Shown: positions 37,625 to 46,562 of the stretch, piece after piece
Layout: every line of letters starts with the position of its first letter
Position numbering within the stretch: the stretch's first letter is position 1
Assembly: GCA_029564175.1 (NCBI GenBank)
Contig: JAKQQL010000440.1
Coordinates: 1-64,000, forward strand
Source of the DNA: Candidatus Cloacimonadota bacterium
GTDB lineage: Bacteria > Cloacimonadota > Cloacimonadia > Cloacimonadales > WRIO01
Reading direction: 5' to 3'
Length of the DNA stretch: 64,000 nucleotides
Program-made: the position numbers and the translations under genes
The notes under the pieces: model-generated
The model's input: the letters and a program-made list of their open reading frames with translations, nothing else
What the model was told of the DNA's origin: nothing
The model's database searches: none

Positions 37625-38515
37625 CTAAGGTAATCTATCCTTAATCATTCTGACAAATTCAACCAGAACCTGATTGTTAGGGATATTTTTTATCATTTTG
37701 TAAGAATCATCAAGTAGTTTTTCAGCTGTTCTTCTTGCTTTATCCAGACCCATAATGGAAGGATAGGTTGATTTGTTGTTTTTGGAATCTTCATAAGGCT
37801 CTTTCCCCAGCATTTCAAAATCACCGACATCGTCAAGAATATCGTCAATAATTTGGTAAGCCAGCCCTAGATTTAATGCATAATTTGAAAGCGTGTTTGT
37901 CATATTATCTTCAGCACCATATAACGCACAAGCCAGCTTTATGGACGCTTCAAGGAGAGCTCCTGTTTTTTTTAAATGAACATATTTCAAGACATTTATT
38001 TGTATATTTTGTTTATTAGAAGACAAAATATCTACTGTTTGTCCTCCAATCATTCCACGTGTTGATATTGCATTACAGAGTATTCTGATACATTTAACAG
38101 CTTTTTCTTTATCATTTAATTTTGCAAGCATTTCGAATGCTTTGGTAAGAAGGGCATCGCCTGCAAGTATAGCGATTGCGGGTGAGAACTTTTTATGACA
38201 GGTGAGCTGTCCTCTGCGTTCATTGGAGTTATCAAGAGAGGGCAGATCATCATGGATCAGAGAGGCGGTATGAACCATTTCCATTGCAGCAGCAGCAAGT
38301 GATACCTGATCTAAAATTTCCTGATCATTACTTCTATTTAACATTTCATAGGTTGCATAAAGCAAAACAGGGCGTAAACGTTTCCCTCCGCTGAATATGG
38401 AGTATCTCATTGCAGTATAGAGCTCTTTTGGTTGTTCTCCTTTACTGACCAGATGTTCATCCAGCACTTTATTTAAGAGTTCGACTCTATCTTCAAAATA
38501 TTTCTGAACTATCAT
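37625..38515 (-). CDS. Short-chain trans-polyprenyl diphosphate synthase (probably GGPP synthase)
   Basis: GGKRLRP, HTASLIHDDLPSLD (FARM), RRG, LAGDALL, GGQ, KTGALL, YQIIDDILD (SARM). Confidence 0.92.
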   Translation of the reverse strand: MIVQKYFEDRVELLNKVLDEHLVSKGEQPKELYTAMRYSIFSGGKRLRPVLLYATYEMLNRSNDQEILDQVSLAAAAMEMVHTASLIHDDLPSLDNSNERRGQLTCHKKFSPAIAILAGDALLTKAFEMLAKLNDKEKAVKCIRILCNAISTRGMIGGQTVDILSSNKQNIQINVLKYVHLKKTGALLEASIKLACALYGAEDNMTNTLSNYALNLGLAYQIIDDILDDVGDFEMLGKEPYEDSKNNKSTYPSIMGLDKARRTAEKLLDDSYKMIKNIPNNQVLVEFVRMIKDRLP

Positions 38516-38639
38516 GTTGACTCCTTTATTTAAATCAAAGAATTATGACTTGTTTAACATTATTTAAAAGGCTTTTATTGTCAATCAAAATTCATCATTA
38601 TATTAAAAAAAGTAAATTATCAGGTCTATGCTAATATAA

Positions 38640-38668
38640 TTGACTTTATCTGTATTTTTTGCTAGAAT
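38640..38668 (+). promoter_or_regulatory. sigma70-type promoter for lectin gene
   Basis: TTGACT, 17-bp spacer ending TGC, TAGAAT. Confidence 0.75.
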
Positions 38669-38694
38669 ACTTAAAAAATGAGATGGAGGTTGTT

Positions 38695-39564
38695 ATGTTT
38701 AATCGAGTCAATATGGTAATATGTTTTGTTTTGCTTTTTTCAGTTCTCTCAGGAAAAGCTAAGAATCCAGAAAATATTTACTTGTTTATTTACGAAGGCA
38801 AAGCATACGAGGTTGTTAAGGAACGCATGACATGGGAAAATGCTACTGGATTTGCTGTCAGCAGAGGAGGATATCTTGTAGAAATCAATAATGAGGCTGA
38901 ACAAACTGCTGTTTATCAGGCTATCATCAATGGGGCTCAGATACCAACAAATTACACAAGTGTATCTAATGGTGGAGGTATTGCTTATGTTTGGATTGGT
39001 GCAACAGATCAGAATCAGGAAGGAATATGGCTTTGGGATGGGAACAACGATCAAATGGGTACTCATTTCTGGTCAGGTCAGGGAACAAACGGCGGGGGAG
39101 ATGGATCTTCAGAAAATAATGCATATTATAACTGGGGTGGCAGTTCTTTAGGTTTTCCAAAAGAACCTGATAACTGGAATAATGATCAAAACTATGGCGC
39201 GATGGCATTAGCAGGTTGGCCTGCTGGTACAAACAATCTTGGTACAGCTGGTGAATGGAATGATATTATGGGCGTTTATCAACTCTATTTTGTGATTGAA
39301 TACAATGGACCTACCGGATCAAATGATATCCTGATAGATTCACCGAGTCAATTTTCTATTTTCCCAAATCCAGCGACTCAAACCGTTAAAATTGACCGAC
39401 CTGAGTTGATTCGTTCAGTTGAAATTTTCAATATCAAAGGGCAATGTTTACAGAAAACAACACGTAATGAAATTGACTTAACACAATATAAAAAAGGGAT
39501 ATATTTATTCAGAATTAAGAGTGATTCTAATGAGTCTGTTCATAAAGTTATGATAATGAATTAA
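38695..39564 (+). CDS. Secreted C-type lectin domain protein with T9SS type A-like C-terminal domain
   Basis: TWENA...GGYLVEIN...EQ, VWIGATD...EGIWLW, EPDN, GEWND; C-terminal IFPNPA...IFNIKGQ...GIYLFRI; ATG 38695 behind GGAGG. Confidence 0.85.
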   Translation: MFNRVNMVICFVLLFSVLSGKAKNPENIYLFIYEGKAYEVVKERMTWENATGFAVSRGGYLVEINNEAEQTAVYQAIINGAQIPTNYTSVSNGGGIAYVWIGATDQNQEGIWLWDGNNDQMGTHFWSGQGTNGGGDGSSENNAYYNWGGSSLGFPKEPDNWNNDQNYGAMALAGWPAGTNNLGTAGEWNDIMGVYQLYFVIEYNGPTGSNDILIDSPSQFSIFPNPATQTVKIDRPELIRSVEIFNIKGQCLQKTTRNEIDLTQYKKGIYLFRIKSDSNESVHKVMIMN

Positions 39565-39784
39565 TCATTTTAATATAGTATTTCACAAAATCATTTGTAC
39601 TGGTACTAATAGATTGTGTCAATCTGACTACTTTATTGTATCTTTATTTTCGATGATTGAAGTTCGATTTTAAAACCACTGAATACAAATGCTTTTTATT
39701 AAAAAAAAAATTATTAACAAAAAAGATCAATTAGTTGATAGAGAAAATGACTATTTTTTAATTAAATTAAAATTTATAAGCCTA

Positions 39785-39828
39785 AAGGATATGATAAGGA
39801 AAGTATAAGGATGGTATAAGGAAAGAAA
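39785..39828 (+). repeat. Four degenerate direct repeats with exact 11-bp period
   Basis: AAGGATATGAT AAGGAAAGTAT AAGGATGGTAT AAGGAAAGAAA. Confidence 0.7.
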
Positions 39829-40053
39829 AGACACGAAATACCCAAAAAAGATGTTTATAGGTATATTTATATATAAAATACTTAAAAAGATGTTTGAATA
39901 ATAGAAATATGATGAGAAATCTTTTTATTATGCTAGCTTTTAAGAAAAATGTTTGCAAAAATAAAAAAACAATTTAAAACATTTCTGTAAATTTATCTGT
40001 TTTTTGTCCTTTTACCCATCTTTTAACAGAATTGTATTTTGAAAAGAAAATGA

Positions 40054-40082
40054 TTGACATGATAGTAAAAATATTGTATTTT
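40054..40082 (+). promoter_or_regulatory. Candidate sigma70-type promoter for lepA
   Basis: TTGACA-17 bp-TATTTT. Confidence 0.55.
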
Positions 40083-40104
40083 GTATTCTGGAGGAAAAAA
40101 TAGA

Positions 40105-41904
40105 ATGGAATTAGAGTTTATAAGAAATTTTTGTATCATAGCTCATATAGATCATGGCAAGTCAACGCTTGCTGACCGGTTTTTAGAAGAGACTCATGTG
40201 ATAGATAAATCCAATGGCGTAGCTCAGGTCCTGGATGATATGGATTTGGAGCGTGAAAAAGGAATAACGATCAAGTCTCATGCAATCAGAATGTTGCATG
40301 AGTATAAGGGTAAAAGCTACATTTTTAATCTGATAGACACCCCAGGACATGTGGATTTTTCCTACGAAGTATCCCGAAGTCTCGCCTCATGTGAAGGCGC
40401 TTTGTTACTGGTTGATGCTTCACAGGGAGTTGAAGCACAGACCATGAGTAACCTTTATCTGGCAATGGAGAATGATCTGGAAATAGTCCCTGTCATTAAT
40501 AAAATTGATTTACCGGGAGCAGATATTGAAAATGCAGAACATGAGCTGATGGATATTATTGGTATTGATAAAGCCAGTATTTTTAAGGTTTCTGCTAAAA
40601 CGGGACTGAATGTGAAAGAATTACTTGATGGTGTTGTTGAAAAAATACCTGCACCTCAGGGGGATCCTGGTGCACCAGTAAAGGCTTTGATATTTGATTC
40701 ATTTTATGATACTTTCAGAGGTGTCATTGTTTTAGTTCGTATGTATGATGGCACTTTAAACAAAAATGACAAGATCAAACTGATGTCCACCAATGTGGAG
40801 TATGATATTGAAGAAATTGGGTATCTGGGAATAAAATTAGAACCAAACAGCTGTTTAAAAGCAGGAGAAGTTGGATATATTATCGCAAAAATCAAAGAAG
40901 TATCAGACGCACGAGTGGGCGATACTATTACCACCGCTAAGAATGGAATCACGGAAGGTCTAAAAGGATATCAAGAACCTAAACCTATGGTATTTTCTGG
41001 TATTTTTCCTATGGATAGCAATGATTATGAAGATTTACGTGACAGCATGGCAAAGCTGAAATTGAATGATTCTTCTTTAATTTATGAGCTGGAAAATTCT
41101 CTGGCATTGGGTTTTGGTTTTAGATGTGGCTTTCTTGGTATGTTGCATTTAGAGATTGTGAAAGAGAGACTTTGGAGAGAGTATAGTATATCTGTACTGA
41201 CTACTACACCATCGGTGAGCTTTGAAGTTTATATGAATGATGGGACAATGATCATCTGTAATAATCCGGTTGAATTACCTGATCCAGTAAAAATAGATTA
41301 TATCAGAGAACCTGTGATGAACACAGAAATCATTGTGCCAACAGATTATGTTGGCAATATTATGAAACTATGTCAGGACAGACGTGGTATTCAAAAAGAT
41401 ATGCAATGTATTGACCCCAAAAGAGTGGCATTACATTATGAAATACCCTTAATAGAAATAGTGTTCGATTTTTATGATAAACTTAAATCTGTAAGTCGCG
41501 GTTATGCGTCACTGGATTATTCATTTAAGGAGTACAGGAAATCAGAAATTGTTAAAGTGGATATTTTAATTAATGCTGAAAAGGTCGATGCAATGTCTTT
41601 CATGTGTCACAGGGATAAATCCTTTGAATGGGGTAAGAGTGTAACAGATACCTTAAAGGATGTGATTCCACAACACTTATTTAAAATCGCATTGCAGGCG
41701 AGTATTGGAGCAAAAATTATTGCCCGTAGTACAATCAACGCATTAAGAAAGAATGTGTTAGCGAAGTGCTATGGAGGAGATATCACACGTAAGAAGAAAT
41801 TGCTGGAAAAACAGAAAGAGGGTAAAAAAAGAATGCGCGAGATAGGCAATGTTCAAATCCCTCAGGAAGCATTTTTAGCTGTGTTAAAAACCGAAAGAAA
41901 CTAA
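40105..41904 (+). CDS. lepA: Elongation factor 4
   Basis: IRNFCIIAHIDHGKSTLADR, DTPGHVDF, GFRCGFLGMLH, KCYGGDITRKKKLLEKQKEGKKRM; ATG 40105 behind GGAGG. Confidence 0.98.
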   Translation: MELEFIRNFCIIAHIDHGKSTLADRFLEETHVIDKSNGVAQVLDDMDLEREKGITIKSHAIRMLHEYKGKSYIFNLIDTPGHVDFSYEVSRSLASCEGALLLVDASQGVEAQTMSNLYLAMENDLEIVPVINKIDLPGADIENAEHELMDIIGIDKASIFKVSAKTGLNVKELLDGVVEKIPAPQGDPGAPVKALIFDSFYDTFRGVIVLVRMYDGTLNKNDKIKLMSTNVEYDIEEIGYLGIKLEPNSCLKAGEVGYIIAKIKEVSDARVGDTITTAKNGITEGLKGYQEPKPMVFSGIFPMDSNDYEDLRDSMAKLKLNDSSLIYELENSLALGFGFRCGFLGMLHLEIVKERLWREYSISVLTTTPSVSFEVYMNDGTMIICNNPVELPDPVKIDYIREPVMNTEIIVPTDYVGNIMKLCQDRRGIQKDMQCIDPKRVALHYEIPLIEIVFDFYDKLKSVSRGYASLDYSFKEYRKSEIVKVDILINAEKVDAMSFMCHRDKSFEWGKSVTDTLKDVIPQHLFKIALQASIGAKIIARSTINALRKNVLAKCYGGDITRKKKLLEKQKEGKKRMREIGNVQIPQEAFLAVLKTERN

Positions 41905-41918
41905 TAAAAGGAGTCATT

Positions 41919-43667
41919 ATGGTAACTGTTTATGTTAATAACGTCCCAGTTGAAGTACATCATGAGACAAAAATTCTTCATGCATGTACAAAAGCCGGTT
42001 ATTTCGTCCCAACTTTATGTTATCATCAGGATCTTGAACCTTCGTCAGGTTGCGGAATCTGTATGGTTGAAGCCAATGGTAGATTTGTAAGAGCCTGCTC
42101 GACACCTGTAGAACCTAATATGAAAATTGTTACAGATACAAAGGTTCTGATGGATCTTCGAAAAAATGCGTTAAAAATCATCCTGCTCAGTCATCCAAAT
42201 AATTGCCCTGTGTGCGTAAAAAATGGTCGTTGTGAGCTTCAAAAGTTATCACAGCAATTAGGGGTACAAGATCTTCCTGGTGAACAATTGGACAGATCTC
42301 ATCTGAAAAAAGATACATCATCCCCTTCTATCACTATGGATCCGGCTTACTGTATTCAGTGTGGCAGATGTATAACAGCTTGTAATGATATTCAGGGTGT
42401 ACATGCGATTCAATATGTAAACAGAGGATTTGATACAATCGTCGCACCTAGCTTTAAAAGACCGCTTGAAAGTTCTGAATGTGTGAAATGTGGTCAGTGC
42501 TCAACATACTGTCCTGTAGCAGCTATCTATGAAGCAGATGATTCAGATGCTGTTTGGGCAGCTTTAGATGATCCTGATAAAATCTGTGTCGTTCAGGAAG
42601 CACCTGCTGTCAGAGTGGCTCTTGGTGAAGAATTTGGTTTACCTGTCGGAACAAACGTTGTTGGTAAGATGTACACTGCCTTAAGAAGATTAGGTTTTAA
42701 CTATGTCTTTGATACAAACTTTGGTGCAGATTTGACTATTATGGAAGAAGCAACAGAGTTGGCTCATATATTAACCCATAAGCCAGAAGAATTACCTTTG
42801 ATTACTTCTTGTTGTCCATCATGGGTTGATTACATGGAAAAATTCTATGATGATTTAATTCCTCATTTCTCTACCGCAAAATCTCCTCATCAAATGGTTG
42901 GCACAATGACAAAAACTTATTGGGCACAAAAAATGAATGTTGCTCCAGAGAAGATATTCCTTGTTTCAGTCATGCCATGTACCGCTAAAAAATATGAAAT
43001 TGAACGGCTTGAAGATATGTATGCTTCTGGTTATAAAGATGTCGATGTAACCATTACTACCAGAGAACTGGCAAGAATGATAAAAATGAGAGGTATTGAT
43101 TTTGTTAATCTGCCAGATGGAACCGTGGATAATCCGCTTGGAGAATATACTGGTGCAGGTACAATTTTTGGAGCCTCAGGTGGTGTAATGGAAGCTGCAT
43201 TAAGAACTGGTTATTATTTAGTCACTGGTGAAGATATGCCTGATCCAAAGATTGAATTTGTCAGAGGACATAAAGGTATAAAAACCGGTGAGATAACCAT
43301 TGCAGGAATTACCTTAAAGATAGCAGTCGCTTCTGGATTAGCTAATGTGGCTGAGCTGTTGGATAGAATAAGAGAAGACAAAGCCGCTGGCAGACCACCA
43401 TCCTACCACTTTATTGAAGTTATGGCATGTCGTGGCGGTTGCGTTGGCGGTGGCGGTCAACCTTATACCTCTTCAAATGTCATCAGATATCAGCGTTCAC
43501 TTGGCTTGTATAAAGAAGATGATGATTTAGAACTCAAACATTCTCATCACAATCCATCCATTAAAAAAGTATATGATGAATTCCTGGAAAAACCAAATTC
43601 TCATAAAGCCCATAAACTTTTACATACCAGCTATATCCCAAGACCAGTTGGAAAAACAAATAAATAA
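41919..43667 (+). CDS. hydA: Group A [FeFe]-hydrogenase catalytic subunit with N-terminal FeS domains
   Basis: H-cluster motifs TSCCPSW, MPCTAKKYE, EVMACRGGCVGGGGQP; N-terminal 2Fe-2S, HxxxCxxCxxxxxC and two 4Fe-4S motifs. Confidence 0.95.
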   Translation: MVTVYVNNVPVEVHHETKILHACTKAGYFVPTLCYHQDLEPSSGCGICMVEANGRFVRACSTPVEPNMKIVTDTKVLMDLRKNALKIILLSHPNNCPVCVKNGRCELQKLSQQLGVQDLPGEQLDRSHLKKDTSSPSITMDPAYCIQCGRCITACNDIQGVHAIQYVNRGFDTIVAPSFKRPLESSECVKCGQCSTYCPVAAIYEADDSDAVWAALDDPDKICVVQEAPAVRVALGEEFGLPVGTNVVGKMYTALRRLGFNYVFDTNFGADLTIMEEATELAHILTHKPEELPLITSCCPSWVDYMEKFYDDLIPHFSTAKSPHQMVGTMTKTYWAQKMNVAPEKIFLVSVMPCTAKKYEIERLEDMYASGYKDVDVTITTRELARMIKMRGIDFVNLPDGTVDNPLGEYTGAGTIFGASGGVMEAALRTGYYLVTGEDMPDPKIEFVRGHKGIKTGEITIAGITLKIAVASGLANVAELLDRIREDKAAGRPPSYHFIEVMACRGGCVGGGGQPYTSSNVIRYQRSLGLYKEDDDLELKHSHHNPSIKKVYDEFLEKPNSHKAHKLLHTSYIPRPVGKTNK

Positions 43668-43681
43668 ATAAAATGAATAAT

Positions 43682-43718
43682 AAGCAGACTTGTTTAAAAA
43701 AAGCAAGTCTGCTTTTCT
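43682..43718 (+). terminator. Rho-independent terminator after hydA
   Basis: AAGCAGACTTG...CAAGTCTGCTT 11-bp stem followed by TTCT. Confidence 0.75.
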
Positions 43719-43759
43719 ATTCGGGCTCATAAATTGATAGAAATATGGAGATTTAGATA

Positions 43760-43788
43760 TTGACAATTTCAAGAGTTGAAGCTAAAGT
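43760..43788 (+). promoter_or_regulatory. sigma70-type promoter for formate dehydrogenase
   Basis: TTGACA-17 bp-TAAAGT. Confidence 0.7.
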
Positions 43789-43826
43789 TAGACTTTTTAG
43801 AAAGGCATAAAATTCAGGGATCACGT

Positions 43827-46508
43827 ATGCAGATTGATATAAATGGAACTATTTGTGACGCTTTTTCTGATCAGACTATTCTACAGGTTGCCAGAAAAAA
43901 TAATATTTATATCCCTTCCCTTTGTTATCATAACAAGACAGGTTCTGGGGGGAAATGCAGGGTTTGTATGGTTGAAGTTGAAGGAACCCCTGATTTAGTA
44001 ACATCCTGTAATGTCTTTTGTAAAGAGGGAATGAAGATTCGTACCGATACTCAAATGGTACTGGAAGCTCAAAAAGTGGTTGTTGATCTGATTCTGTCTT
44101 CTGGCAAACATAACTGTCTGACTTGTGAGAAAAACGGAGATTGTGAGTTACAGGAGGCTGCCTATTATTTAGGCATAGAAAATCCTTCATTTCATATAGA
44201 TAATGACTCTTATGAAAAGGATAATAGCAGTGAATTCATTTCTGTAAACCGAGAAATTTGTATAGCCTGTGGCCGTTGTGTCAGAGGATGTAACTATACA
44301 GTTGTAAATGAAGTGATTGATTACGGTCAGCGTGGTTTTCAAACTCAAATAATCTTTGATAATAATAAAAGCATGGGGACTTCGTCTTGTGTTCAATGTG
44401 GTGAATGTGTTCAGTTGTGTCCTGTTGGTTGTTTATCAGATAAAAATGCAAAGGGAAAAGGCCGACCATGGCAACTGAAGAAGATTGAATCAGTGTGTAC
44501 TTACTGTGGAGTGGGTTGTAAAATTCATCTACATATTGATGAATCTAAAAATAAAATAATCAGAATAACGGGTGTAGAAGAATCAATTGTCAACAAAGGG
44601 ATGTTGTGTATAAAAGGCCGTTATGGATTTGATTTTGTTAATAGTTCAGAACGGCTGAAGACACCATTGATAAAAGAAAATGGCACTTTCAGAGAAACGA
44701 GTTGGGAAGAAGCAATATCATTCACTGTAAAGCGTTTTAAAGAGATTAAGAATCAATACGGAGCAGATGCGATATCCGGTTTATGTTCTGCAAAAGTGAC
44801 TAATGAAGAAAACTTTGCCTTCATGAAGTTTATGAGAAGAGAAATTGGTACCAACAATATTGATCACTGTGCACGGCTTTGCCATTCTTCTACAGTAGCA
44901 GGTCTGGCTGCTACTCTAGGAAGCGGAGCAATGACGAATGATATTGCCGGTATAAAAAAAGCGGATGTTATTTTGATAATCGGTTCTGATACTTCTGAAG
45001 CACATCCTGTTATTGCTGCTCATATTAAACAGGCTGTTCGACTGGGAAAAACAAAATTGATTGTTATTGATCCCAAGAGAGTTAAAATGGCGGATTATGC
45101 TACTATTTATGCCTCTATGAAACCAGGAACGGATGTGGCTTTATTAAACTGTTTGATGCAGATTATTATCACGAATAACTGGCATGATATGGATTTTATA
45201 AACAAGCGAACGGAGGATTTTGAACTTTTTAAAACAGAAGTGATATCAGATCAGTATAAGCCAGAAAGAGTATCATTACTTTCTAATGTTCCGGAAGCTA
45301 CTCTTTTTGAAATTGCAGAGTTGTTTGGAAAAGCTGAGACTGCTTCTGTTTTTTATGCGATGGGTATTACACAGCATCATACTGGAACAGATAATGTGAT
45401 GAGTTTATCAAACTTACAGCTTCTTTGTGGAAATTTTGGTAAAGAGGGAGGAGGTTTAAATCCGCTAAGAGGGCAATCGAATGTTCAAGGCGCCTGTGAT
45501 ATGGGCGGATTGCCTGATGTGCTGAGTGGGTATCAAAAAATTAATGATTCTCTGGTAAAGGCAAAGTTTGAAAAAGCCTGGGGGAGAAGTCTGTCTGAAA
45601 AACCTGGATTAACTTTGATGGAAATGATAAAACAGGCAGATAATGGTCTCATAAAAAGTCTATATATTATGGGAGAAAATCCTTTACTCTCTGATCCAGA
45701 TCAAAATCATATGATTAGTGTTTTTAAAAAACTTGATTTTATTGTTGTTCAGGATATTTTTATGACTGAGACTGCTCAAATGGCTCATGTTGTCTTTCCT
45801 GCTGCTTCATTTGCTGAAAAGACAGGTCATTTTACCAACACTGAACGTCGTGTTCAGAGACTGAATAAAGCAATAAAATCTCCTGGTCTGGCAAAACCCG
45901 ACTGGCAGATTATTCAAATGCTGGCTAATAGTATGGGAGGAAACTGGACTTATGATTCAGAAAAAGATATCTGGGAAGAAATCACAGAACTAACACCCTC
46001 ATATTCTGGAATTAAATGGGGTAGAGATGGGATTCAATGGCCATGTCCTTCTCCTGATCATATGGGCACTCCTGTTCTTCATAAAGATAGATTTACACGC
46101 GGTCTTGGACTTTTTAAAGCCATTGGATATAAGTCTCCTGCTGAGTTAACAGATGACAATTATCCCCTGATTCTGACAACAGGTAGAATTCTTCAGCACT
46201 ATCATACAGGTACACTCACCAGGAAAACGGAAGGATTGAATCATTTAGCTAAGCCAATGGTTATGATATCCGTAGATGATGCAGAAAATCTGAGTCTTTC
46301 TAATAGTGAAATTGTCAAAGTAAGCTCAAGACGAGGTGAGATAGAATTACCTGCTTTTGTTACCAGACGTATTCAAAAAGGAGTTGTATTTATACCGTTT
46401 CATTATCATGAAGCTCCGGCTAATAAACTGACACTTACTGAACTGGATCCCATATCAAAGATACCAGAATTAAAGGTATGTGCAGTAAAAATATCAAAAA
46501 TAAAATGA
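43827..46508 (+). CDS. fdhF: Formate dehydrogenase alpha subunit (Mo/W-bis-PGD, Cys-type) with NuoG-like N-terminal FeS domains
   Basis: CTYCGVGC, LCIKGRYG, DHCARLCHS, PLRGQSNVQG, FTNTERRVQ; ATG 43827 preferred over TTG 43776. Confidence 0.93.
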   Translation: MQIDINGTICDAFSDQTILQVARKNNIYIPSLCYHNKTGSGGKCRVCMVEVEGTPDLVTSCNVFCKEGMKIRTDTQMVLEAQKVVVDLILSSGKHNCLTCEKNGDCELQEAAYYLGIENPSFHIDNDSYEKDNSSEFISVNREICIACGRCVRGCNYTVVNEVIDYGQRGFQTQIIFDNNKSMGTSSCVQCGECVQLCPVGCLSDKNAKGKGRPWQLKKIESVCTYCGVGCKIHLHIDESKNKIIRITGVEESIVNKGMLCIKGRYGFDFVNSSERLKTPLIKENGTFRETSWEEAISFTVKRFKEIKNQYGADAISGLCSAKVTNEENFAFMKFMRREIGTNNIDHCARLCHSSTVAGLAATLGSGAMTNDIAGIKKADVILIIGSDTSEAHPVIAAHIKQAVRLGKTKLIVIDPKRVKMADYATIYASMKPGTDVALLNCLMQIIITNNWHDMDFINKRTEDFELFKTEVISDQYKPERVSLLSNVPEATLFEIAELFGKAETASVFYAMGITQHHTGTDNVMSLSNLQLLCGNFGKEGGGLNPLRGQSNVQGACDMGGLPDVLSGYQKINDSLVKAKFEKAWGRSLSEKPGLTLMEMIKQADNGLIKSLYIMGENPLLSDPDQNHMISVFKKLDFIVVQDIFMTETAQMAHVVFPAASFAEKTGHFTNTERRVQRLNKAIKSPGLAKPDWQIIQMLANSMGGNWTYDSEKDIWEEITELTPSYSGIKWGRDGIQWPCPSPDHMGTPVLHKDRFTRGLGLFKAIGYKSPAELTDDNYPLILTTGRILQHYHTGTLTRKTEGLNHLAKPMVMISVDDAENLSLSNSEIVKVSSRRGEIELPAFVTRRIQKGVVFIPFHYHEAPANKLTLTELDPISKIPELKVCAVKISKIK

Positions 46509-46562
46509 GCTTTTTGTTTTCATAGAAAATTGACTTTAAACGTTTATTAAAAAAGGAAAAAT

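Noticed and set aside
38557..38584. Promoter of the ether-lipid operon (minus-strand TTGACA at 38579-38584)
   Set aside because: Perfect -35 but only TAATGT at 16-bp spacing in very AT-rich DNA; plausible but too weak to list as a feature
44880..44882. Selenocysteine in formate dehydrogenase
   Set aside because: Active-site codon is TGC (Cys) in an uninterrupted reading frame
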